From Lama glama (Eukaryota): a stretch of 64,000 nucleotides of DNA. The position numbers and the translations under genes are program-made. Within the stretch, counting starts at the first letter, position 1. The number at the start of each line of letters is the position of its first letter. The DNA is taken from NCBI GenBank assembly GCA_028534125.1, contig CM052826.1, positions 16,740,001 through 16,804,000 of the forward strand, read 5' to 3'. Positions 25,201 through 37,200 of the stretch are shown in pieces. The notes below the pieces were generated by a model, which did no database searches, had not been told where the DNA came from, and worked only from the letters and a program-made list of their open reading frames with translations.

Positions 25201-28200
25201 CGGGCACGGTGTCGCAGCAGCTGCAAGTCCACAGTGTCCCGCAGAGTGTCCCCGTCACCCAAGAGGTACCAGGCCAAGGCGGGCAGTGGCAGGGGCGAGG
25301 GATCCTGGCCAGGCGGCCTCTGCGTCCTCCTTCAGCTGTCCGTGGGATTTGCAGTAGGGAAGGCCAGTGACAGACAAGCAGATGGGGGTCCAGCCCCACC
25401 TTGCCACCTGGGCCTTTGGCAAGCACCTCTGCTTCTCTCCAGACTATGCATTCTCATCTAAATAATGGCTTCTGCCCTGGGGGCCTGGGGGCCTGGGAGC
25501 AGTGTGGTTGGGGCTGCTGTGAGGATGAGATGCCGTCCTGGTGGAAAGCACCTCGCATTGAACGGGCCCTGGAAATGGCTTCAGAAAACAACCTGAGCCT
25601 CTTTGAGCCCATTTGCCTGGAGAAAACCCCAAGGCCAAGTCTTGGCTCACCCCTAAAGGGCTCAGGGAGAGGCCTCAGCCTCCAAATCCATGCCCAATCT
25701 TCTGCAGAAGGCCTCATTCGAGCTGCCAGCCATGGCGGCCAGAGCAGGTTAAGAAGCAAGGGTTGTCTGTCATCTGGTTGGTAGCACTCAAGTTGAGGGG
25801 TTCCCAGCCCCTTGGAAAACCAGATGAAAGCCACAGACCCTTTCCCTGGAGGAGAGCAGAAACCCCACCCTGGGATTCATAGGTATTCTGCTGCCTGGCC
25901 TCCCAGCCTCCCTCAACCTCTAGACCTAGGTTCAAGACCTGGCTCCATCACTCAGCATCTACCCTCCCCCCAGACTCTGTCCCTCACTCTGTGCCTGAGG
26001 ACGCAGAGTGAGCACAGAAGTGAGGACAGTCCGCATCATGGAGGTGGGGGTGTGAGATAACCCACATAGGGAGCTGGGGTGGAGAGCAGGGACTCACTCT
26101 TTTCTTACCGGGCTGCTGTGAGGCTTACAAGTTCATGTGGGCAGAGGGTGGTGCTTGGGGACAAGTGGGCAGCCATCCTCACCATGGTTACCATATTCTG
26201 ACTCACCTTTCCTTCCCCAGAGGTCTGTGGTCCAGGCCACTCCACAGGTGCCCAAAGCTGGCCCCGTGCAGCAGCTCACAGTGCAAGGGCTCCAGCCAGT
26301 CCATGTGGCTCAAGAGGTGTGTGTCTCCCCCACCTACTTCTGGGCAAACTAGGGCTGGGCCCCGGGCTGGGCTGGGGAGGGGAGAGGTGCAGTCCCTTCA
26401 GGCCGCAGGGAGGGTGTGGAGCTACCCTGAGGGGATTTAGTTGGGTGTGGGGGAGGCAGCTGGAGCCTTCAGAACCGCAGCCTCACCCTGGGCTCCGTGG
26501 GCTGCAGACGCGGTCCTGTAGCCTTCCTCTTTCCCCGCACCTGGCAGTTCAGGGCCCAGGATTTGCTAAGAGATACCGGATTCTCCCCTCCCTGACTCGG
26601 GGTGGGCATCTTCTGGTCGGGTTGCTGCCTGAGCTCAGCNNNNNNNNNNNNNNNNNNNNNNNNNNNNNNNNNNNNNNNNNNNNNNNNNNNNNNNNNNNNN
26701 NNNNNNNNNNNNNNNNNNNNNNNNNNNNNNNNNNNNNNNNNNNNNNNNNNNNNNNNNNNNNNNNNNNNNNNCCACGCCGCCACCGGAGCCGCCGCCCCGG
26801 CCGCCCACGCCCGGGCCCCGGCCGGGCGTGCTGGCCCAGGAGCCACCGCCGCTCCCGCCCGCGTGCAGCGGCGAGGCCCCGCAGCTAGGCAGCCCCGAGC
26901 CGCCGCCGCCCCATTACGAGCTGGGCGCCGAGCAATGGGTGGAGCTGGTGGGTGTGCTGCCCCCGCACCTGCTCCTGCCGCAGCAGAAAGTGGTCCTCGA
27001 GCCACTGCCCGGGCTCCCGGCCCAAGCCAGCCCCGACCAGAGGGTCAGGATCCAGAGAGTCCCCCAGGTGCTAGTGTTCGGCACGGCCGCCACGGCCCTC
27101 AAAGTAGGTGGCGGACGCACGGGCAGGGTGCAAGGGGCGGGCGGGGCGGGATGCGCTGGCCCCGGCCCGTGCCCGGCCCCCGCAGGCCTTGTAGACCCCC
27201 ACCTCCACCCGGCCAGTCTGGTGACCTGCCTCTGATTCCCCTAAAGCGGGCTCCATGTCCCAGGCTCCGCCCCTACAGACTGGGGTGGGGGATGGGGTGG
27301 GGGAATTCAGGCCCCGCCCCTAAGGCTTTGTCTGTAGTTCCAGGTTCTGGCCCACAAATGGGGCCCCACCCCTGGCCCCGACTCCACCCCTAGCATCCTG
27401 TGAACCCCCCCGCACCCCCCCCCGACCCTGTTCATAGGAGTATGTCCCTGATGCAGGCTCCAACTCTGAGGCCTTGTCTGTAGTTCCAGGCATCGACTTT
27501 AGTGACAGCCTTGTCCCAGAACTTGGCTCTGCCCCTGGAGTTCAACTTTCACACTCAACAGTAGGAGTCTGGGGTCCCCTCTGGCCACCTTACCTCAGGC
27601 CCCACCCTTGCTGTCCCCAGCCCAAGCAGAGAGTCTTGGCTTCTCCTGACACAGTTGTGCCTAATTCCCAGCCTGTGGGCCTCTGACCCCTGACCCAGTC
27701 CAGGGTGTTCAGAGAGCCCAGAAGTGCAGCCTTCCAGCTAGGTGTCCCAGCGAACTTAGGCAGCTGCCAGACCTTTAGAAGCAGAGGCAAGGAGTTGGCC
27801 CACCCCTGACCCTGTATACCCTTCCTCCCACACCAGGTGCAGCAGCTCCAGCAGGTGCCAGTCCCACATGTGTACTCCAGCCAAGTGCAGTATGTGGAGG
27901 GCGGCGATGCCAGTTACACGGCCAGCGCCATGTGAGTGGGGGGGAGTGCTGGGGGAGGGGACAGGAGGAGGGGCATGGGTCTGCCCAGGATCCCCCAGGA
28001 CTTGAGGCCTCAGCCCTCAGTGAAGCAGCCAGCCTTCAAGGCCTCAGGTGACAAATCAGATGGTGGGTACTCCCAAACGGCAGCCTGCCACCACCAGGAA
28101 GAGGCAAAACAGAGGGACCCTGGCACGTTGGGAAAAGCATCTCAGCATAGCTTAGGGCTTTGGAGTCAGGTGGGGTGGTTCTTTGCAAAAAAACCCAAAA

Positions 28201-31200
28201 AACAAAAGTGAAAAATTAAAAAAAAATTTTACAAGATAAGAATTTCTAAGTAATAGGGAGTGCTAAATGGTGAAAAAAGAACTCTCTTTCACTCCTGACC
28301 CGCAACCCTGCCCCGGAGGGGATGCTGTGATCTGTTTCTTTGTTTCCTCCCAGAGGAACTGAGAATTGAAGTTACCCACATTCTTTGTTCAGAAATAGAG
28401 GCAGTATGTTCTGTCCCTAATTTCTTCCCTAGCCACCTATCTCAAAGCTCTTCCACTATTAATTAGACCATGTGGGTACCCGTCACCTCTTAACCGCTGT
28501 ATGATACTCCTCTGTACAGCCACAGCCTGAATGACGTAGCCAGTCCCCACCCAGGCAACCCGTAGGTGACTTCCACTCCCTGGTGCTGCACACATCTCAG
28601 CATTAGCATGGGCCACATCAGCAGATGTCGTGCCCCAGGCCTGCCCTCACCCCGGCTCTGGCTTCTTACCGGGGACCCTCCATACACCACCTTCCATCTC
28701 CCAGTTTCTGTGGTAATAATTCCAGGACTTAGAGTTACTGTAGTTGTTGTGTCTGTGTTTTGGAAGTTTCATTTGGCTTTCTTTGCATTTACCTGATTTT
28801 TTTCCCTTATATCCCTGTCGCCTGTCCCTCTGGGCATGCCACTGGGGGTGGATTAGTTCATGGAATGACTCGGACCCTGGGTCATGATGCTGTGGCTGAC
28901 CCCAGGGGAGTGGCCCCAGCACCTGAGTCGTGGCATCCAGTTTCCTTGGAGTTCTGTCAGTTTATTTCTGGTGCTGCCAGTCTTATCTGTGCAGTTGACC
29001 AGAGCTGGCAGGGACCACAGAGGGCATTCCAGAGAGGAGCCTGGCTCTCGAGGCCCATAGGGGCTCCTTCTGCCTCCCCTGGTCTGTTTTTGCTTCTGAT
29101 TGAATTCTTTCCTCTGTTGATTATAGTGCGTGATCACACATAGTCCACCGATGCCATCGGCTTCTTCTGCTGTGAAGTTCTTGTATCTCTTGTCTCTCCC
29201 TCACAGTGGGTCATTACCATGTTCCCAGCCCTTTGTCGGCCCTGTTCCTCGCCCTAACCAAAGTCATAGTCTCTGGGCCTCCATCCCTGGGCCTGTCCAG
29301 GTTGTGTCCAGAGATACACACATTTGTTTATTCTTTCAGCAAATAGCTCTTGAAGCAATGTTTTCTTGGGAGCACGTGTTGCGTGTGGGGTGCTGGGCAC
29401 ACTGTGGTCCCTGCTGGGGGAGGAGGGCCGGCAGGAGCGCAGCACTTGGCTCAGTTCACGCACTCGGTGTCACTTGAGTAGTAGATGTGGATGCATCTGA
29501 ACCAGGAAATAGTGAGCAAGAGCTGTATCCTGGGGTCTGATGGGCGATGCTCACCTTGAGTGACCACACCCCCCCACCCCAATCCCTCTCCTTGCTGCCC
29601 CCAGAGGCCCGCAAGACTCCCTCCCCTTCATCCTTTGGCACCTTCTGAGCCAGGCCATTCCTGACTGGCCTCCCTCTCTTTCTGAATTTAAAAAGTTGAA
29701 TGTATGTTTTAAAATCACTAATAAATATATTAGGAGGGACTGAAAAATCAAAACTGTGTCCAACCATGTCTAGTGAGGTGCCTGCCCCATGTCCATGAGC
29801 CCTCCACCCCCTCAGATGGCAGATGTAGCTATGAAATGCCACATCATCCCTCCTTTCTTCCCAAGGCACCATCCACACCCTTCCCTACCTCTTTTGTTCA
29901 CCTAATGGGATGGATGTTCTGGGGCTTGTTCTTTGGCAGGACCTCAAAACCTCCCTCCTCCCTTACCCCTGTGTAGGATTCCATCACCTTTTACCTTAAC
30001 AGCCCACTAAAGATGCAGCCCCAGTCATTTTTACTCTCTTGCAGTGACTTGCAGCCTTGAGCCCACCTCACCTGATGCAGGTTCTGGGGTAGCTGGAGAA
30101 CTCTCTGGGGCGGGATATATCACTGGGTCAAAGGGAAACCCATCTATACTCCGACAGTCATCACCAACCAGCCCCTCCAGGTGGCTACTGGACTTAGAAG
30201 CAGAGCCCCCCACACCCCCTTCCTGACTCGTGTACCTTGGTGCACACCACCTTCCGCAGTGCTGTTGACTTACCCTTGCACTTGGCTTCTTCTCTGGCTC
30301 CCTCGCCTAGGACGTTAACTCCTCTAGGGCAGGGCCTTTTCTGCTTTGTCCACTATTGGATTTCCCATACCTTGAACAGTGTCCAGCATACAGCAAGCTC
30401 TCAGTAGTTCTTTTTATGATTGAGTGAAGTGTGTGGCCTGTTGCAAGTTACCTAGCCCTTCTAGCTCCACTTGCTCATGTCTGAAGTGGGGACTCCCAAG
30501 TCAGGGGCTGCTCTGAGGATTAAATGAAAAATTGCTCGTCAAGCACTTGGGGTGATGACTGGTCCAATATGGAGGGCTATTGCTTCACCCTCCCCTTCTG
30601 GGAGGCCCCCTGCTGCAGAACTCCCCTCAGTCATGCCCCTCGGCCACCCACCTCTTGTCCCCTGACTCTCTCCCTCTCCTTTCACAGCCGCTCCAGCACC
30701 TACCCCTACCCCGAAACGCCGCTGTACACGCAGACCGCCAGCACCAGCTACTACGAGGCCGCGGGCACAGCTGCCCAGGTCAGCACTCCTGCCACCTCCC
30801 AGGCGGTGGCCAGCAGTGGCTCTGTGCCCATGTACGTGTCTGGCAGCCAGGTGGTCGCCAGCTCCACCAGCAGTGGGAGTGGGGCCAGCAACAGCAGCGG
30901 TGGTAGCGGCGGCAGTGGCGGCGGCGGAGGCGGTGGTGGGGGCGGCGGCGGTGGCAGCAGCAGTGGCAGTGGAGCAGGCACCTACGTGATCCAAGGCGGC
31001 TACATGCTGGGCAGTGCCAGCCAGTCCTACTCTCACACCACCCGTGCCTCACCAGCCACTGTAAGTGCCAGCCCAGGGCCCGGAGGAGGCAGGGCAGTGG
31101 GGGTGGGGGGACCCTGGCTGGAGGTGGTGGGTGGTGGTTGTGGGCCACCATCAACAGGAGCCTGGGTGGCCTGGTGCCAGGGTGCTCAGGTGAAAGTGGC

Positions 31201-34200
31201 CTGGAATTAAATCTTCGCTGTGTGGAGTCAGACAAGTTACTCAGCCTCTCTGGGCCTCAGCTAATTGCATGAAGCTCTCAGAGGTGATACCCCAGAAGCA
31301 TCATCTACTCAGATAGTAGATGGTGATGGCGGATAGACGGCAAGGGGATGGAGAGGCAGACGCCACCATGGGAGGAGCTGCTCTGAACAAGGTTTTGTGT
31401 CCATCTGGCAGGCAGAGAGATAAACTCCCTCTGCCCAGAGGCAGCTCTGTGGAGCAGCCCTAGATCCTAACGCTGACCAGGCCCCTCACCAGCTCTGTTA
31501 CTGTGGCGGGGTGCTCCTGGAGTGGTCCCTGTCCCTCTTGGAGCTTGGGGTCTGGAACGATGGCTTCCCCTCATTTTTAACTACTGCCCTCTCCCATGGC
31601 GACCCACTGTGGACCCCATAACCAAGACGGAAGCTTTCTAGGAAGGCCAACCTTCCCTCAAGCCATGTGGCCTGGCTTCTAGTCTGTTTTATTAAATGCT
31701 GACATAACTGATCTCATGACCCACTAATGGGTCCTGAAAACATGGCTCACTAGAACAGTGCTATCTGACAGCACGTTCTCCAGTGATGGAAATGTTCTCT
31801 CTGTGCCGCCCAGTGCAGAGGCCTCTGGCTGCGTGAGGCTATTGAGCACTTGAAATGTGAGTTTCCAGGCCCCAGGAACTGAGTTGAGTGGTTTTTTAAA
31901 AAACTATTTTGAAAGAATTGTAAAGTCACAGAAGCTGCTGAAATAGTACAGAGATCCCTGTGGCCCCTTCCCCCAGGTTCCCCACTAATTATATTTTATG
32001 TAACTGCAGTTCAGTATCTAACTAGAAAACTGACATTGGTACCAGGCTGGTGTCTGCTTCTGTCTTTGTATCACATGGAAAGATGTGGGAAACCACCACC
32101 ATAATCAACATGCAGAACTGTTCCATCACCGCAAAGATCTCCCGCCTTTAGAGTCACCCCTGCCCTCCTCCTTCCGATCATCCCTAACCCCTCGCAATCA
32201 TGAATTGGTTCCCCATTTCTGTAACACTGTCATTTCAAGAGTGTTCTGTGAGCGGAATCCTACTTCATGTGACCTTTTGACATTGGCATTTTCCATTCAG
32301 CATAAATTAATTTAAATAGTTCTATGTGGCTGGTGGTGACTGATTTGGACAGTGCAGTCCTAGAGAATTCCATCGGATTTAGTTCCCATGGGTGACTGTG
32401 AGACAACGTGCCCTCTCGTGGGGTTGTCAGGATCACAGTCAGAAATATAGAGAGTGCTGAGCAGCGAGCAGTTGAGAAATGGTAGCAGTTAGCACTCTCC
32501 TGTCCCCCATCGGGCCCCAGGTCCAGTGGCTTCTGGACAACTACGAGACTGCTGAGGGCGTGAGCCTGCCGCGGAGCACCCTCTACTGCCACTACCTGCT
32601 GCACTGCCAGGAGCAGAAGCTGGAGCCCGTCAACGCCGCGTCCTTCGGCAAGCTCATCCGCTCAGTCTTCATGGGCCTGCGCACCCGACGTCTCGGTACC
32701 AGGTGGGGCCACCTGCCCCTGACAGCCCCCAGCAGCCACAAGGCTCACCCTCCCCCCACATTATTGAGGGCTTCAGCTCCCCTTTGTACCCTCACTCACT
32801 CCTCTCCAGCCCCATTTGGCCTCTTCACAGCTCCTCTGACACGTGCATGCTCCCACCCCAGGACCTGTCCACTGGCTGTGCCATGTGCCTTGCGTGTCTT
32901 TCCCCATCTCCTGGTCAAACACCTCCTGGCCCACTTAAATAAAACTGCAGCCTTCCACCACCTCTCTGACATCCACTCCCCCTTACTTTTTCTCCTCAGC
33001 ACTTAGCACCTTCCACAGGCCTTTTATGTTTCTTCTCTTGTTTCTGATCTGTCTTCCAGTGCTGAAATGCACATCCCTTGAGAGGGCGGGGGTTGTACAC
33101 AGTCAGTACTTACTCAGGGCCGTGGGGCAGTGAATTCCCTTAGGAAGGAGCAAGGAGCCATCCTGTGATCCCACCCTTCCCCGCTTCTCCTCTGTGACCC
33201 CCTCACACCTCTCCAGACTGAGCCCTGCTCGTCACTTGGTTCCAGCTCCCAGCTTAGGCCTTAGGCAGCACCTCATTCATTCATTCAAGCATACGTACAT
33301 GCATAACCTTGAGCAAAGTACTGCATCTCTTTGTGTCTCAGTTTCCTCATCTGTCAATCCAGGATGCCAGGAGCACGCTTCGTAGGGTAGGGATGAGGAA
33401 CACATGGATTCGTATGTGCTAAGTGCTCAGAACAGTGCCTGGCACGTTGTTACGAGTAGCAGTCAGCAAATAACTGCTAAGCACTCGCTCCCTGACGCTG
33501 GCCCTGGCTTCACAGGGCTCAGTCTGCAGGTGGGGGCCTCTCCTGGCACCCACAGTCCCTGCACTTCCCCAGCCCAGCACCCCTAGCTATGTGGAAAATG
33601 GGGCTCTGTTTGGCCCCCTAGCAGAGGGGAGGTGGGTGTGATGTGACCCTCTCAGGGGACGACTGGTGGCCTCCCCCAACCCAGCCCTCACCCTCTGCCT
33701 CCCTTCTAGGGGCAACTCTAAGTACCACTACTATGGCCTGCGCATCAAGGCCAGCTCTCCCCTGCTGCGGCTGATGGAAGACCAGCAGCACATGGCCATG
33801 CGGGGCCAACCCTTCTCACAGAAGCAGAGGTAGGAGGATGGGCCGGGCCCAGTGCTGGTGGGCAGGGAAGGGCATGGCAGCCCGTACCTGCTCCAGTCTC
33901 CTGCCCATCCTTTCCCCAGGCTCAAACCCATTCAGAAAATGGAGGGCATGACCAACGGTGTGGCCGTGGGCCCACAGCAGGCCACTGGGCTGTCGGACAT
34001 CAGTGCCCAGGTCCAGCAGTACCAGCAGTTTCTGGGTGAGGGCTCCCTGGGCTCTGGGGTGGGGCCTATGGCAGGGTCTTCGGGTCCTGGAGAGTGTGTG
34101 CATGGTTCACTTGCCCTCCCTGGACCTCATCAGCCCCACTGCACATGGGGGAACTTCTGTTTCATAGCAACGTGGTGCCAACTTAATGGGGTCCCAGGAT

Positions 34201-37200
34201 GAGGCTTGAAGGGGCAGGCATGTGGGGGATGAGGGGCCTCATGGTGTCTCTTCTGTCCCCAGATGCCTCAAGGAGCCTCCCTGACTTCTCAGAGCTTGAC
34301 CTCCAGGGCAAAGTGCTGCCCGAGGGCGTCGGGCCTGGGGATATCAAGGCCTTCCAGGTCCTGTACCGGGAACACTGTGAGGTAGGGCTTGTGGGCAGCG
34401 GGCAGGGGCAAGGGAGGGCCATGCAGCCGCCCAGCCTCATGAACACCCAGCCTCCCCAACAGGCCATCGTCGATGTCATGGTGAACCTGCAGTTCACCCT
34501 GGTGGAGACGCTGTGGAAAACCTTCTGGAGGTACAACCTCAGCCAGCCCAGCGAGGCGCCGCCGCTGGCTGTGTGAGTGCCTCTGCATTGAGGCAGGGTG
34601 TGGGAAAGGAAGTTGGTTGGGCACCATGTGAGTCAGCATCCAAGGCTGAGGGGGCCAGAGCTCAGACTTCGTGCAGGGGTGGGGGCTCCTGTCTGCCCCT
34701 GCAGTTTGTGGGGTGCACATGCCTTCTGAGCCCCGCTCAAGCATGTGCATGTGTACCAGTCTGATGCTCGGTGTATGGGATGACATGACCCCCAAGCCAT
34801 TTCCTCGCTGTGGGTGGGTAGGTGCCTGTGCCCTGGTATGCAGGGTGTAAGGTCCCTCTCTGACCCTAGGGGCATCGTGGCCTGGGTCAGCCTCACCCTG
34901 GGGGTCTGCGAGAAGCAGGGAGTACCTGCCTGATCCCTGGGTGGGGTGGGGGTGCTGTGCCCTTCTGACTCTGGATATGAGACCATGGAATGTCCTTGTG
35001 ACCCTGGGGTGGGGTGGGTGCCCACAGGCACGATGAGGCTGAGAAGCGGCTGCCAAAGGCCATCCTGGTGCTCCTCTCCAAATTCGAGCCTGTGCTCCAG
35101 TGGACCAAGCACTGTGACAACGTGCTGTACCAGGGCCTGGTGGAGATCCTTATCCCTGATGTGCTGCGGCCCATCCCCAGTGAGTGTGCAGCCCCTGGTC
35201 CCCCCACCCCGCCCCACCCCACCCCCGAGTCCCGACCAGTCCCCGCTACCACCCACAGGTGCCTTGACCCAAGCGATCCGGAACTTTGCCAAGAGCCTGG
35301 AGAGCTGGCTCACCCATGCCATGGTGAACATACCCGAGGAGATGCTGCGGGTGAAGGTGAGTGTGTGAGGGAGGCTGAGGGCCAGCTTGGGCCCACAGCC
35401 TGGCTCCTCCTTTCTGGCTAAGGGGCTGTGGGTTGGGGGCCTCGGTCTTCTGTGCCCGACAGAGGCAGTAAGATTTGTCCCCATGTTGTTCCCTCGGAAT
35501 GAACTTTGGGCGTTGTCTTTACAAACGAGCTTCCTCGGGTGCACACTTCTGAAACAACCCATTTGTGGTATTTTTGTATGCAACACAGCATCTTAAAAAA
35601 ATAAAAACCCAGTGCAAACTTGAACTAGTTCTTTTCAGATAACTTCAACAGAAAGTGCTTTTGTGTTCAGAATGAGATAAAATCTAAGACAAAAAAAAAA
35701 AAAGAAAATCTATAAGGCAACAATATTGGCCCTCTTCATCAAGGCTGCACATTCACTAACTACCAAGATGTGAGGAATTAGATGGGATGTGCTTGCTCTT
35801 GAGCAAACAATAATAATAAAAAGAAAGAAAAAGTTGTTTTTTTTAAGTCTTTAAGATGCTAACAAGACAGCTAAACAGAACTAAATGTCTGAAGAATGAC
35901 CCTTGGGTATGCTGGACACAGGGCAGGGCCCCGGGAGAGTAGAAGCTGGATCTAGGGGGGAAGCCCTTCTGATCTGGCAAGATTTAGATATTCATTTATT
36001 ATATATGCATTTATTGAGCACCTGCTGTGTGCCCAGCATGGTTCTCAGTGTTGGGACCATAGCAGTGACCAAGATGGACAAAACCCTGGCCCTTCCGGAG
36101 CTGACATTCAGGGGAATAATATCCAAACAAAATGAAACAGAAGGTTATGGAAGCAATGCCCTTTCTGAGCCGTGGCTTCTGGTATTTTCTTGTGTTTTTT
36201 CATTAAAAATAATAATGCTGTTCAGACCCACATTGATTTATCTGCACCCATTCTTTGAGTTGGTGGACACCCAAAGTTTGGAAATCCCGACCCTTTGGCC
36301 CCCCCCCAGTAAAAGCAAAAGGTACATCCCTCTCTTTTAGGAGGAAGGCTCACAGAGGTTGCAGTGGGTGGGGCCGGGACGGCGCGGGTGGGTTCCGCTG
36401 AAGCCACAAGCCTCGGGCCCCACAGGTGGCAGCGGCCGGCGCCTTCGCGCAGACACTGCGGCGCTACACGTCGCTCAACCACTTGGCGCAAGCGGCGCGC
36501 GCTGTGCTGCAGAACACCGCGCAGATCAACCAGATGCTGAGCGATCTCAACCGTGTGGACTTCGCCAACGTGCAGGTGAGCGCGGACGGGGCAGGCGAGC
36601 ACGGGTAGGTCCGGTGGGACAGGCCTGGGGCGTCAGCTGAGCCGCGGGCACTCGCTCCGCTGTGTCCCAGGAGCAGGCCTCATGGGTGTGCCGCTGCGAG
36701 GACCGCGTGGTACAGCGGCTAGAGCAGGACTTCAAAGTGACGCTGCAGCAGCAGAATTCACTGGAGCAGTGGGCAGCCTGGCTGGACGGCGTCGTGAGCC
36801 AGGTGCTCAAGCCATACCAGGGCAGCGCCGGCTTCCCCAAGGCCGCTAAGCTCTTCCTCCTCAAGTGGTCCTTCTACAGGTGCGCGCTGGCCGGGCGGGA
36901 TACGGGCGGGAAAGGGGCTGGGCCAGAGGAGGCTCCTCCTACCGCGGCTGGACCCAGAAAAGGTTCTGGGGCCAGGCCAAAATTGGACCAGAGAAGGCCC
37001 CGCCTCCTCGGGGGGGTGGGGTGGGCCTATATGAGAACACGCCCCCTTGAGGGTGGGACCACAGAAAGCCCTGCCTCCAGAGGGCTCACGGGCCTTTTCT
37101 GAAGGCCGGGGTCTTGCTGACGATGGGCGGGGCTAGGGCCCTCCTCCATCTTTCATGGACGCCCTAGGGAAGCCTGGACGGGGCCCCGCTGTGGTAGCTA

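Noticed and set aside
26469-27393. Other long ORFs over the intron-7 CpG patch (26602+ 263 aa, 26469- 178 aa, 26319+)
   Set aside because: Ala/Arg/Gly low-complexity translations typical of off-frame GC-rich DNA and partly N; only the 26774-27103 frame ends at a phase-compatible donor.
34633-35586. Longest ORF in the track (317 aa, minus strand)
   Set aside because: Antisense shadow of RFX1 exons 15-16 and GC-rich introns; no recognisable protein features.
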